This document shows positions 21,323-32,140 of a stretch of DNA of 64,000 nt, in pieces (the stretch's first letter is position 1; each line of letters starts with the position of its first letter). The notes beneath the pieces are model-generated. The model made no database searches. It saw only the letters and a list, made by a program, of their open reading frames with translations, and was not told the DNA's origin. This DNA comes from Bdellovibrionales bacterium (GTDB lineage Bacteria; Bdellovibrionota; Bdellovibrionia; Bdellovibrionales; JAUICD01). The stretch spans positions 2,464,001 to 2,528,000 of the forward strand of contig OZ253553.1 of assembly GCA_965262715.1 (NCBI GenBank). The letters run 5' to 3'. The translations under genes and the position numbers were made by a program.

Positions 21323-22507
21323 TTAAGGTTTATCTACTGCAGGTTGATTGAGATGAACAGTTCTTGTAGGAAAAGCAAAGTTAATATTTAATTTCTCTGC
21401 AAGCTCAAGAATTTTTAAGTGAACATCTTGTTGAGAAGCCAGCTCCACGCCCCAATCAGGTACTTGAAAAAAGCAGTAAAGCATTATATCTAAACTAGAA
21501 TCTTTGTAATCTTTAAAGACCACATGAAAATTATCTTTGACGGTATGAGGGTGAGACTTAACAATTTGTTTTATGCCTTCTATAAAGCCTTTAATTTTTT
21601 GAGAAGGCGTATCATAAGTGAGCGAATAAAAAGCTTTCATTCTACGCAACTTACGCCTGCCCATATTATCTATATTTATAGCTGAAAGCTTTCCATTAGG
21701 AATGGTCACGACAGAATCATAAAAAGTTCTAATACGAGTAGAACGAAATCCAATATCTTCTATATTACCTTCTACATCACCGACGACCACCCAATCTCCT
21801 ACTCGGAATGGCTGATCTAGAAAAATCATAATAGAACCAAAAAAGTGAGCACACATGTCTTTTGCTGCCAAAGCAAATGCTAGTCCCCCAATCCCCAATC
21901 CTGCCATAACACTGACAACATTCACACCTAAATTCTGCAATGTCACAAGCACACCAAAAACAATTACCAATATTTTTAATAATCTTTTAAGGGTGGTTTC
22001 CATTTGCTGACTAAGAAGAAAATTTCTATCAGCCACCCATTCAGCAAGAAACTTTATAGCAACATCTATAAGTCTATAAAAACTAATAAAAACAGCAAAG
22101 CTCAAGAATATTTGAATGATGAATAAAAAGAATGTAAGAGCACTACTTTGAATATTAAAAAGATGAATCCAAACAAGCCAAAAAAGACATCCTAAAAGTA
22201 AGCGACTTGAGGGTTCTAATCTTTCAAAAATAAGATCATCCCATTTTGTTTTTGTTTTTTCAGTGAGTTTTTTAATATATTTTATAAGTACTTTGAGTAG
22301 GTATTTTATGAAAAAACGGTTAATGATTAAACCAAATAGCAACCCCAGCCATTTCCATATTTGTATTTGAAATAACTGAAAATCTAAAAACATCTGCATT
22401 TGACCTGCAAATAGCATATCTTCTAGAAATGTAAATCCTGTGGCTTGTGCATGAAGTGTGCAAAGGGTTAAAGTGAAAAAAAATATAATGTTCTGCTTAT
22501 TTTTCAT
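21323..22507 (-). CDS. mscS: Mechanosensitive channel, MscS family
   Basis: GLGIGGLAFALAA, PFRVGDWV, IGFRSTRIRT, FAFPTRT motifs. Confidence 0.93.
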   Translation of the reverse strand: MKNKQNIIFFFTLTLCTLHAQATGFTFLEDMLFAGQMQMFLDFQLFQIQIWKWLGLLFGLIINRFFIKYLLKVLIKYIKKLTEKTKTKWDDLIFERLEPSSRLLLGCLFWLVWIHLFNIQSSALTFFLFIIQIFLSFAVFISFYRLIDVAIKFLAEWVADRNFLLSQQMETTLKRLLKILVIVFGVLVTLQNLGVNVVSVMAGLGIGGLAFALAAKDMCAHFFGSIMIFLDQPFRVGDWVVVGDVEGNIEDIGFRSTRIRTFYDSVVTIPNGKLSAINIDNMGRRKLRRMKAFYSLTYDTPSQKIKGFIEGIKQIVKSHPHTVKDNFHVVFKDYKDSSLDIMLYCFFQVPDWGVELASQQDVHLKILELAEKLNINFAFPTRTVHLNQPAVDKP

Positions 22508-22957
22508 ATTTATATATATTAACAGATAATTTTTATTTATGTTGTGTAAATTTTGCCATTTAGCATGTAAAGTTTACATACTTTCTTTATATTAAACCTA
22601 ATAACATATAATTTCCTTGTTTTACAAGTCCCAGTTGGCCCTAATCATCTACCAAAATGAATTTCTTTTTATACATGGAAAGACCTTGTTGCACAAATAT
22701 TGATTCTATTACATTGGGTTACCATTAGCATTTTTGAGATGGCTTCTAAACATAATTGTTTCAAAAAGTGACAAAAATAGCAAATTTTTAACTAAAAACA
22801 ATAACCCTTGCGCAATTTACTAAAATCTGGTATTAAATCTAAGGAGAATGCGAAAAAATAAATGACAAAACGACTTTTATTAGAGATGATAGTTATATAA
22901 GCACATTTTCTTTGGCAAAAAGTTTCTTATAAATTTAATAAGTTCAAGGAGGGGTTT

Positions 22958-23443
22958 GTGAACCTTTTTTTAAAATCTCACTTAAATGACAATTATTTTA
23001 TGAAATCAGTAAAAACTTTTTACAAAACCTGTCGAAATCGTATAAAGCTCAATCAAAAAGGTATGACTCTTATAGAAATTATGATTGTACTTATAATTAT
23101 TGGAGGTTTGGCATCAGTTCTAGCTCCAAATGTTATGAGACAATTGAGAAGAGGAAATATTGATACTGCTAAAATTCAAATTAGAGAAATTGGCAAAGAG
23201 CTTGATCTATTCTATGCAGATTGTGGCTTTTATCCTGATAGTCTCGAAGCACTTATGGAAGCACCTGATAATTGCCCTTCATGGGGACCAGACCCTTACA
23301 TGAAAAAACTTCCAAAAGATCCTTGGAATTCCAATTATGTCTATGAATTAGAGGGTAGTGATTATGTTTTAACATCTGAAGGTGCTGATAAACGTCCGGG
23401 CGGAACAGGTTCCGATAAGGATATCTCTTCAGCAGACCTGTAA
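22958..23443 (+). CDS. gspG: Type II secretion major pseudopilin
   Basis: GMTLIEIMIV, WGPDPY, PKDPW motifs. Confidence 0.92.
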   Translation: MNLFLKSHLNDNYFMKSVKTFYKTCRNRIKLNQKGMTLIEIMIVLIIIGGLASVLAPNVMRQLRRGNIDTAKIQIREIGKELDLFYADCGFYPDSLEALMEAPDNCPSWGPDPYMKKLPKDPWNSNYVYELEGSDYVLTSEGADKRPGGTGSDKDISSADL

Positions 23444-23508
23444 AAGCTAAGGGGAAACAAAAAACCAGCTTTTTAATCAAACAACCTTTTTTATAAAAGA
23501 GGTGCAAA

Positions 23509-24195
23509 ATGCTATATAAGCTCTTTTCTCCTCTAAGAAATTGTGTCTTTTTTAACCTGCTACCAACTTATAAAAGAAAGCCAAAAAGCGCATTTTGTAA
23601 AAAGAAGCAATTTGGATTCACTCTTATAGAAATTATGATTGCTTTAATACTTCTAGCAGGACTGACTGTCATTGCTCTACCTCGTATTGGCTCTCATACA
23701 AATGAATTGAAAGCTACAGTCAGAAAACTCACTGTCTTAGGTAAACAACTTCAAATCCACTCGAGGTTAGAACACAAAACCTTTAGGTTAGCATTTCATT
23801 TACATGAAAAGGAAGATCACAGCTTTTGGGTGGAAAGCGCATCAGGGTATGTCTCTGAAAGTGCAGAAGAAGAGGAAGACAACAACGAGGACGATGAAGA
23901 AAAAGAAGTTCAAACACTTAATACCTTTCAGATTGATGCAAGCATTTTAAGAGAACCTATTTCACTTCCTAAGCCTCTTTTATTTAGAGATATAGAAGTA
24001 GAAGATGCCATAAGCAAGGATGGTAAGGCCTACATACATTTTTTCCCACAGGGAATTATAGAAGAGGCGGCTATACATATTTCTAATGGAAAGAAAGGTG
24101 AGGCAGGCTGGACAATCACTTACAATAGCTTAACAGGCAAAGGGCATATTATTGACAAATACATACCATTAAAGAATTTAAGAGATAGACGATGA
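23509..24195 (+). CDS. gspH: T2SS minor pseudopilin GspH-like
   Basis: GFTLIEIMI motif; position in operon. Confidence 0.75.
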   Translation: MLYKLFSPLRNCVFFNLLPTYKRKPKSAFCKKKQFGFTLIEIMIALILLAGLTVIALPRIGSHTNELKATVRKLTVLGKQLQIHSRLEHKTFRLAFHLHEKEDHSFWVESASGYVSESAEEEEDNNEDDEEKEVQTLNTFQIDASILREPISLPKPLLFRDIEVEDAISKDGKAYIHFFPQGIIEEAAIHISNGKKGEAGWTITYNSLTGKGHIIDKYIPLKNLRDRR

Positions 24196-24722
24196 AGCAA
24201 AACTTATTTTCCAAATACTGCACTGGCTTCACCTTAATTGAAGTCTTAATTGCTATGATGATTTTAGCAGGAGCCATGGTTGCGCTGGCTGCTTCATGGA
24301 ATGGAAGTGTTATGGCCTACCGTAAAGGCAGACAAATCAATGTCATCACTCGCCTACTACAAAAACAAGCTACTGAAATGGAGCTTAGATTTAAAGGTGA
24401 AAGTCTAATCACTGATCAGGAACTTGACGGTGACTTTGGCAAAGATTACCCAAATTTATCATGGAAAACAGAAATTAAATCGCTAGAATTTCCAGATCTA
24501 ACACCTATTCTTGTTAATCAAGAAGGAGGAGTAGATCAAATCACATTAACTGTTATCCGGCAAATGTCCACTCAATTAAGCCAAGCTATAAAAGAGATGA
24601 AGGTTTCAGTGCTCTGGAAGTCTCAGGATAGAATAGCCACTTACAGCATCACAACCTACCTCATCTCATACAACCAACTAGGTCCGCCGGGAGCATCAGG
24701 GTCAGTTGGGGGTGGCCCATGA
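24192..24722 (+). CDS. gspI: T2SS minor pseudopilin GspI-like
   Basis: GFTLIEVLIA motif; position in operon. Confidence 0.75.
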   Translation: MKQNLFSKYCTGFTLIEVLIAMMILAGAMVALAASWNGSVMAYRKGRQINVITRLLQKQATEMELRFKGESLITDQELDGDFGKDYPNLSWKTEIKSLEFPDLTPILVNQEGGVDQITLTVIRQMSTQLSQAIKEMKVSVLWKSQDRIATYSITTYLISYNQLGPPGASGSVGGGP

Positions 24723-25501
24723 GTTTACGTAACAAACGCTTTTCTATATTGTCAATGCTCACTGGCTTTACCTTAGTTGAAGTTTTAATTGCCATGATGA
24801 TTTTAGCTACATTATCTATATTAACAGCTCAGTCCATTTCAAGATCTATTAGAGATAAGGCAAGAATACAAACCAATATTGATACTGCATCTTCTTTAGA
24901 AACCACCTTTAAGATTATAGAAAGAGATATACAAATGACTTTTAATTTCAGAGATGTTCAATACGAAGTTGAAAATAGGACAAGACAAGGCAGACCAAAT
25001 ACACAAGCCTCATCCAATGCTCCAAACACTCCACCTCTTCGACCAAATCTTCCTAATCGGCCTATTCAAACAACACAATTTATTGGTAGTGAGGAAAAAA
25101 TAGACTTTGTCACCTTACTTCAAGGAAGAGGTTATGATACAGGCCTAGAAGGAGATCTTAAAGAGATAGGTTATTATTTAGAGCAATGCAGAACATTTGT
25201 AAACCCTAAAGAAAGTTCAAATTGTCTTTGGAGAAGAATATCTTCTTTTGTAGATGAGGATGTTGAAAGAGGAGGTAGCGCAAGAATCCTTTTAGAAAAT
25301 ATCAAGTCATTGGAATTTAAGTTTTACAATGCAAAACTCAAGTCTTGGACCCAAGAATGGAATTCAAAAACACAAAATGCCTTTCCTGAAGCTGTAGAAA
25401 TCACGTTAGAGGCAGACCCTAAAAAAAGGCCTCTGAAACTCCAATCGGTAATCCCTATAAGACATCCTAATAACTTTAATAAATCACCTGCTTCAAGATA
25501 G
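24719..25501 (+). CDS. gspJ: T2SS minor pseudopilin GspJ-like
   Basis: GFTLVEVLIA and PEAVEITL motifs. Confidence 0.8.
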   Translation: MSLRNKRFSILSMLTGFTLVEVLIAMMILATLSILTAQSISRSIRDKARIQTNIDTASSLETTFKIIERDIQMTFNFRDVQYEVENRTRQGRPNTQASSNAPNTPPLRPNLPNRPIQTTQFIGSEEKIDFVTLLQGRGYDTGLEGDLKEIGYYLEQCRTFVNPKESSNCLWRRISSFVDEDVERGGSARILLENIKSLEFKFYNAKLKSWTQEWNSKTQNAFPEAVEITLEADPKKRPLKLQSVIPIRHPNNFNKSPASR

Positions 25502-25515
25502 GAATTTATAAAACT

Positions 25516-26793
25516 ATGCAAAAACAACCTAGATTTAGAAATCACAGAAGAACAAGCTTAAAAAAACAACGTGGCGTTGCTTTATTGATTGCTCTTTTTG
25601 CGATCACTATGACCAGCTTTATTGCTGTTGAATTAAGTTATGATGTCAGTATTGAATATATTATTTCTAATAAAGAGTACCACAGGTTAAGAGCCTATTA
25701 TGCAGCCAAATCTGGTATAGAGATTTCTAGGTTTAGGCTCTATATTTATAAGCAAATTGTAAAACAATTCCAGAGTCAAATTGCAGGTAAACAGCAACTT
25801 GTCGACCTACTTTGGAATTTTCCCTTAATATGGCCTATTACTAGTGTTTTACCTGAGGATGTAGGACGTGTTGAAAGAGAATCAATGCAAAAAACTGTGG
25901 ATGCATCTTTGATGGGTTCTGCTCAGTATAACACACAAATATTAAGTGAAGGCTCAAAGATTGATATGAATGACTTAGGGTCTCCTGCGAAAGCATTAAA
26001 AGAGGTCACTCAAATGCGATTGATAAGTCTTTTTGCAACTAGCATACTTGAGAATGAAGATATTAAAAGAAGATTTGAAGACCTAGATTATCAAAGAATC
26101 ATTGCCAATATTACTGATTGGGTTGATGAAGACACAATATCTGAAGGAGGTAGTGGAGATGAAAGCTACCTTTATTCTGATGTGATAGCTCAAAATGATA
26201 TTCAAGGCCGTCTGCCTCCTAACCGCCCTTTTCGAACACTTCAAGAGTTAAATATGGTAAGCGGAATTTCTAATACAGTTTACAATTTTCTAGCGCCTCA
26301 TGTGACTATTTACGGGCAGAAAGGCATTAACCCTAATTACGCTGGGCCCCATTTGTTAAAGTCTTTATCTCCTAATATCACTGATGAAGTTATAGCTCAA
26401 ATAGAAGAGGCAAAGACTGATCCTTCTCAAGGTCTTTTTCAAAATGAGCAAGATTTTTATAACTTTCTAGAAAACTTCACAGATGTACAAGAAATCAAGC
26501 AACAAAACATACCTTTCTATTTTGGATCAGAACACAACTTTATGATCAAAAGTACAGGTATTTCAGGTAATGCCCAAAAAGATATCATAGTTATTGTATA
26601 TGATATAGATGCTGTGGTATCCAATCTGTCCAAATCACTAGCTGCAAATCAAAACACTAATCCTAACTCAAACCAAAATAATCCTACAACACCTCCAACG
26701 CCAACGCCAAATACTCCACCACCTAATAATACAACAAACAATACACAACCATCCTCAGGTCTTCCAACTATTGTTTACTGGTATGAACCCTGA
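25516..26793 (+). CDS. gspK: T2SS minor pseudopilin GspK
   Basis: RGVALLIAL, DWVDED, PNRPFRTLQEL, INPNYA motifs. Confidence 0.88.
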   Translation: MQKQPRFRNHRRTSLKKQRGVALLIALFAITMTSFIAVELSYDVSIEYIISNKEYHRLRAYYAAKSGIEISRFRLYIYKQIVKQFQSQIAGKQQLVDLLWNFPLIWPITSVLPEDVGRVERESMQKTVDASLMGSAQYNTQILSEGSKIDMNDLGSPAKALKEVTQMRLISLFATSILENEDIKRRFEDLDYQRIIANITDWVDEDTISEGGSGDESYLYSDVIAQNDIQGRLPPNRPFRTLQELNMVSGISNTVYNFLAPHVTIYGQKGINPNYAGPHLLKSLSPNITDEVIAQIEEAKTDPSQGLFQNEQDFYNFLENFTDVQEIKQQNIPFYFGSEHNFMIKSTGISGNAQKDIIVIVYDIDAVVSNLSKSLAANQNTNPNSNQNNPTTPPTPTPNTPPPNNTTNNTQPSSGLPTIVYWYEP

Positions 26794-27005
26794 TATAATT
26801 TGGCTTTAGAGTCTTTTCACTATTCATCAATTGATATTATAAGCCATCTAGATAAAATAGGTATAAAATTTGACAGAAGCCAAATGTATAGAGATTCTTT
26901 AGCAGGGGCTGGCACTTATCAGAATCAAGTTTTAATACAAAAAACCATAGACCATCAACTGCGGAAAGTACAAAACAGATAAACTCTAAAATGACTTAAA
27001 TTATA

Positions 27006-27788
27006 TCAATCCTCATCCTCATGAGCTTGTCCAAAAAACAAACCGACGCCAAGTGTTGCATAAAAACCACTTAACTTAAGTGTTTTACTTTCATTACCAC
27101 TTTCTTCATCAGTACTTCTGTTTTCTAACACATCACTACCACATTCTTGACTATTCATTTTACATTTCAAATCACTGAATCCAGATAAATCATAACCAGC
27201 TTCTAATTTAACTATGAGATTATGAGTTATCTTATAACCAAGCTCTAATCCTAATTGACCACTGATTTGATTCCATAAAACTTGATTGCTAGTTAATTCA
27301 TAAGTTGTTCCACCATTATCTTCATTAGTATCAGTGTATCTCAAATATTTCCAAATATCTAGACCTAGTATAGGTCCTACAAAAAAATGATCAAAATGGA
27401 ATCTATAATTTACTAACAAGGCCATTCTATGATGGGTGAAGCTATACTTATCATCTTCGTCATCTTCACCTCTTTCACCACTACTATTTCCCTCAAAGTC
27501 TCTTTGACCTGTAAAGGCAAACCTATACCTAACACCTATACCAAGGCTGACATTGTTCATCATGAGTCTATACAATAAGTCTTCTCCGAGGTGAAAGGTC
27601 CTATTTTTTTGATCCACATCCCAACTTTGCCCTTCTGTTACCACTTCATCAAGGTTAATTGTACTGCCAAATTTCATCCCAAAATGACCTGAAATCTCCA
27701 TATTACCCCAGGCAAGACTGGTAAAATTTAAACTCACCAAAAAAACTGCTAAATAAACAATTTGTTTTATTTGATTGAAATGCAACAT
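27006..27788 (-). CDS. Outer-membrane beta-barrel protein, paralog 1
   Basis: Signal peptide, alternating beta strands, FYATLGVGLFFG; start ATG 27788 by paralogy. Confidence 0.8.
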   Translation of the reverse strand: MLHFNQIKQIVYLAVFLVSLNFTSLAWGNMEISGHFGMKFGSTINLDEVVTEGQSWDVDQKNRTFHLGEDLLYRLMMNNVSLGIGVRYRFAFTGQRDFEGNSSGERGEDDEDDKYSFTHHRMALLVNYRFHFDHFFVGPILGLDIWKYLRYTDTNEDNGGTTYELTSNQVLWNQISGQLGLELGYKITHNLIVKLEAGYDLSGFSDLKCKMNSQECGSDVLENRSTDEESGNESKTLKLSGFYATLGVGLFFGQAHEDED

Positions 27789-27984
27789 AATAGACTCCCT
27801 CAATGATTTTTGGTTATTTGTGTGTTTTAATAGCCTTTTATTTATTTTAGTAATACAAAATTGCATTATCAACCTTTAATTTTATTACCTCACTAGACTT
27901 TGTCAAATAAAGCTTTTTATAAACAAAATATGCAAGTTGTCCCCTCTAATAGACCCAAAATAAAAAAAACTCTTTTTTACAAAG

Positions 27985-28303
27985 AGCCTTTTTATCTAAA
28001 GAATTTAGAACTCATCTCAAAATTGCTTCCTGTGCTCACGTTTTCAAAACAACCTCTTAATTTAGTACCACATAAAAGGACTGTCTCACTCAAAATGGAC
28101 CCTTCCGGCTTTCCGTAGAACCACTATCGTGGCTCTCGTCAAGTCCGTCCATTTTGAGTAAGAAGCCATCTTCAGTTATATTATGTTTTATATTTTGCAA
28201 TTTCGTATTATTTACTGCTATCATGCATTTTTGAGATAGCTTCTAATTAGATAACATGAATTATGGCTTATCCAAAGAACCAACCAATACCAAGTGTTAC
28301 ATA
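27985..28303. repeat. 319-bp direct repeat, copy 1
   Basis: Matches 29008-29326 with two mismatches seen; contains a TA-flanked 240-bp MITE (28006-28245) and an OMP 3' end. Confidence 0.92.
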
Positions 28304-28312
28304 AAAGGATCA

Positions 28313-28738
28313 CTAAGCGACTTGTTTGATAGAAACTTCAAAATCTAGAAGCTCTGAAAGTTTTGTAAGAGTTTTAAATGTTGGATTGGATATTCCAGGT
28401 CTTTCAAGCTTTTGAAGTTGCTGTGTGGTCATTTTGAGTTTCTGAGCAACTTGACGCTGTGTAAAGCCTTTTTGTAATCTTGCCTGTTTAATAAGAATTG
28501 CAATAGCTATATGAGGATAAGGCTCTACTATAATAAAGTTTTTACCACGTCTTTTTTTAGGTACAGGTAGTTGCCATTTTGGAGATTGAGCTTCTTCAAG
28601 ATACAAACTTAAAGCTTCTTTTGCATTCTGTAAGAATGCTTTTCTTGTTTCACCTTGTGTAAAACACCCAGGAATATCTGGAAATTCTCCCCAAAACAAG
28701 CCTTTTTCCTTATGAAACTTAATTTGATAACCAATCAC
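28313..28738 (-). CDS. hicB: HicB antitoxin with C-terminal XRE HTH
   Basis: FPDIPGCFTQGET...NAKEAL motif; HTH ending NPTFKTL. Confidence 0.92.
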   Translation of the reverse strand: MIGYQIKFHKEKGLFWGEFPDIPGCFTQGETRKAFLQNAKEALSLYLEEAQSPKWQLPVPKKRRGKNFIIVEPYPHIAIAILIKQARLQKGFTQRQVAQKLKMTTQQLQKLERPGISNPTFKTLTKLSELLDFEVSIKQVA

Positions 28739-28929
28739 ATTAATTTTTCTCCAGTTTGTTTTTCTATAGATTTTATTAGACCTTTTCCTAAATCCTTATT
28801 CCCATGTATAGGGATTACAATAGGTGCCTGTTTGTCTTTCTTAAGTTTAATGTGAGAACCTTTTTGAGAAACCTCTATCCAGCCATATTTTTTCAACATC
28901 TTCACTACTTTCTTACCAGAAACAGGCAT
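28735..28929 (-). CDS. hicA: HicA toxin
   Basis: QKGSH, IPIHGNKDLGKG motifs; overlaps hicB start. Confidence 0.93.
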   Translation of the reverse strand: MPVSGKKVVKMLKKYGWIEVSQKGSHIKLKKDKQAPIVIPIHGNKDLGKGLIKSIEKQTGEKLM

Positions 28930-29007
28930 ATTTTAATCATGCAACATTTATGCTAAAAAATCAAGAACAAAGCCAAAACATAAACCTCAAATAAAAAATT
29001 GATAAAA

Positions 29008-29326
29008 AGCCTTTTTATCTAAAGAATTTAGAACTCATCTCAAAATTGCTTCCTGTGCTCACGTTTTCAAAACAACCTCTTAATTTAGTACCACATAAAA
29101 GGACTGTCTCACTCAAAATGGACCCTTCCGGCTTTCCGTAGAACCACTATCGTGGCTCTCGTCAAGTCCGTCCATTTTGAGTAAGAACCCATCTTCAGTT
29201 ATATTATGTTTTATATTTCGCAATTTCGTATTATTTACTGCTATCATGCATTTTTGAGATAGCTTCTAATTAGATAACATGAATTATGGCTTATCCAAAG
29301 AACCAACCAATACCAAGTGTTACATA
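29008..29326. repeat. 319-bp direct repeat, copy 2
   Basis: Matches 27985-28303. Confidence 0.92.
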
Positions 29327-30074
29327 TAAAGCATCAAACCTAAATGTATTTGCACTCTTAGCATCTTCCATCTCTAATGGATTACTAGGCCCAATACAAT
29401 TTGTCAGAGTACTATTGCCTCCAATCGACATCTTACATTTTAAATTACTAAATCGAGATAAATCATAGCCAATTTCTAACTTAGCGAAAAGCTTCTCATT
29501 TATTTTATAACCACCTTCTACACCTAGCTGACCAGTAATTTGATTCCATAAAAATTGATTGCTAGTGAGTTCATAAGAGCTACTACCATATAGATTTATT
29601 GCAGAAAACTTTAAACGTTTCCAAATATCTAAACCTAATACAGGCCCTACAAAAAATTGATCTATATGAAATCTGTAATTAGCTAATAGGGCAACACGGT
29701 TATGAGTGAATTTATATTTGTCACTCTGATTGTTTCCTATATTAGCCGCACCTGTTCCATCAAAGTCCCTCTCTCCTGTAAAAGTAAGCCGATATCTTAA
29801 ACCTAAAGCAAGACTTGTATTATTCACGATTATATCTTTGATTACATTCTTATAAATAACATCTAGTCCCAAATGAAATGATCGATTTGTTTGATTTCTA
29901 CCTAAGGACTCATTTTGATAACTTCTTGTTATCTCTCGAAGGTTTAACCTGCTGCCAAATTTCATCCCAAGATGAGTAGAAACCTCAGTATTATCCAAAG
30001 CAAAGCTAGGAGAACTTAACCAAAAAAAAAACTGTTAAGTAAATAAGCTTTTTTATTTGACTTAAACCTAACAT
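29291..30074 (-). pseudogene. OMP paralog 2, frameshifted in a T10 tract in the signal-peptide region (possibly phase-OFF)
   Basis: ATG 30074 (MLGLSQIKK) is one base out of frame with the body; T9 restores the frame. Confidence 0.8.
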
Positions 30075-30286
30075 ATAAATACCCCTATAAATTAAAACAA
30101 CTCTTTACCACTATATGCGCATTAAAGACTTTTACGAATAAACTCATCTCAATACTTTGTTATTTTAAGAAGATTGTACTACTAAATACTTACTTTATCC
30201 CTTCATTAAGTTTTGTCAAATAAAGGCACTCGAGAAAAAGAAAGTCATAATAAAAAATTACCATATTATACAAGCAACCTAAAAAT

Positions 30287-30316
30287 AAAAAGGCTCTAAT
30301 TAAAGAGCCTTTTTTT
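30287..30316. terminator. Intrinsic terminator downstream of OMP paralog 3
   Basis: AAAAAGGCTCT-loop-AGAGCCTTTTT. Confidence 0.75.
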
Positions 30317-30345
30317 ATTATAAAATTAATTACACAAGTTATGAC

Positions 30346-31137
30346 TTATCCAAAAAACCAACCTATACCAAGTGTTGCATAAAAACCACTTAACTTAAAT
30401 GCATTCCTGCTTTCATCACCTTCCATTTCTAAAGGATGACTAGTGCCGCCAGGACATTCTGTCAGAGCACCATTGCCTGTCGCTGCCTTACATTTTAAAT
30501 CACTAAATGAAGATAAATCATAGCCAATTTCTAACTTAGCAAGAAGATTGTCAGTGACTTTATAACCAAGCTCTAAACCTGCTTGACCAGTGATTTGATT
30601 CCATAAAAATTGACTGCTAGTGAGTTCATAAGAGTTCCCATTACCAACAACACCTAGATTTGTTACAGAAAACTTTAAATGTTTCCAAATATCTAGACCT
30701 AAAACAGGTCCTACAAAAAATTGACCCATATGAAATCTGTAATTAACTAATAGGGCAACACGGTTATGAGTGAATTTATATTTGTCATTCTCATCCTCTC
30801 TTATACCACCAGTATCTTCTGAGCTTGTCGCATCAAAATCTCTCTCTCCTGTAAGCGCAAAGCGGTACCGTAAACCTACACCAAAGCTACCCGTATCATT
30901 CATCATGTGCCTATAAATGGCATCTAATCCAAAATGAAATGGCATATTTTTTTGATCTATGCCTAGGGTATTATCTTGAATCTCTGTTGTTATTTCCTGA
31001 AGATTCAGTTTACTGCCAAATTTCATCCCAAAATGAGCTGAAATCTCGGCATTGCCCTGAGCAAAGTTAGTAAAACTTAAACTTACAAGAAAAACGGCTA
31101 AATACATAAATTTTTTCATTTGATTTAAACCTAACAT
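30346..31137 (-). CDS. Outer-membrane beta-barrel protein, paralog 3
   Basis: Signal peptide; C-terminal FYATLGIGWFFG. Confidence 0.85.
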   Translation of the reverse strand: MLGLNQMKKFMYLAVFLVSLSFTNFAQGNAEISAHFGMKFGSKLNLQEITTEIQDNTLGIDQKNMPFHFGLDAIYRHMMNDTGSFGVGLRYRFALTGERDFDATSSEDTGGIREDENDKYKFTHNRVALLVNYRFHMGQFFVGPVLGLDIWKHLKFSVTNLGVVGNGNSYELTSSQFLWNQITGQAGLELGYKVTDNLLAKLEIGYDLSSFSDLKCKAATGNGALTECPGGTSHPLEMEGDESRNAFKLSGFYATLGIGWFFG

Positions 31138-31341
31138 AATAAATACCTCCTAAAATTAAAGTAATTTTTTATTACTCTGTGTACATGCATCACTTTTGTC
31201 AACATATATCATATATAATGATGCCTTTATTTATCTTATCTTAATTATATTATCTTAAGTCAATAGAATATCTGTTATCAATTTATTTCGAGTTTTCTGT
31301 TTTTTTTAGTTAGAAAGTTGTTTTTTTGAATCTTTGCTGTG

Positions 31342-31935
31342 TTATTTTATAATTTCAATAGGTTTAAAGTCTTCTTTATTATTTAAAATAGCACTATTAC
31401 CTGTAGCCTGAAATACAAATAAACCTCTCTCCTCTGCATACTTATCTACTCTTTCTTCACATTCAAGATAAGCAACTCCTCCATAAAGAATCTTACTTGC
31501 ACTATCTTTATGTTGTGTTTTAAACTTGTGTAAGATATTTACAAATTGATCTATATCTTCCTTTCTAAGATATCTCTTGACTTCTATAGCAACACATTCT
31601 TTGCCATTGACTGCTAGCACATCTATTTCCCAACGACGATTTGGGCTTACATCTTTTACACGAGTGGATACTGTTTCAATCTTAATACCTCTGTTATTAA
31701 GAAGTCTTATTGCGCTAGAGCTTGCTAAAACTTCTATAAATTTACCCCATTGATGACTTGATTCACCTGCAAACTTATTTACAGTTTTTGTAAGTTGATC
31801 AAGTGACTTATCTAGCTCTCTCTGGCGCATCCGCTGAGCTTCTCTATCTCTCTGTTGGGCTTCTGTAATTCTATCCAAACTCTGAGCCACTCTATCGAGA
31901 GTTTGATTGATTTGATCTATTGAAACTTTAGACAT
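31342..31935 (-). CDS. Coiled-coil plus PD-(D/E)XK nuclease-fold protein (DUF3782-like)
   Basis: WGKFIE...EIDVLAVNGKECVAIEVK; N-terminal coiled coil. Confidence 0.75.
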   Translation of the reverse strand: MSKVSIDQINQTLDRVAQSLDRITEAQQRDREAQRMRQRELDKSLDQLTKTVNKFAGESSHQWGKFIEVLASSSAIRLLNNRGIKIETVSTRVKDVSPNRRWEIDVLAVNGKECVAIEVKRYLRKEDIDQFVNILHKFKTQHKDSASKILYGGVAYLECEERVDKYAEERGLFVFQATGNSAILNNKEDFKPIEIIK

Positions 31936-32065
31936 TATGAGCACCTTCAAATTTGATTTTTAAAATATCGTTATAATATGAATAATATCACTTTAAAGCC
32001 TACAAAACAAGTAATGTACCACTGTGGAATATTTATAAGCTTTTTAAACTGTTATCTGCCGAAAT

Positions 32066-32094
32066 AAAAAAGGCTCTAAATAAAGAGCCTTTTT
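32066..32094. terminator. Intrinsic terminator downstream of OMP paralog 4
   Basis: Same hairpin as 30287-30316. Confidence 0.75.
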
Positions 32095-32140
32095 ATCAAA
32101 AATATAAGTTAAAATAGCTGATCTAGATGATCCTTATCGC

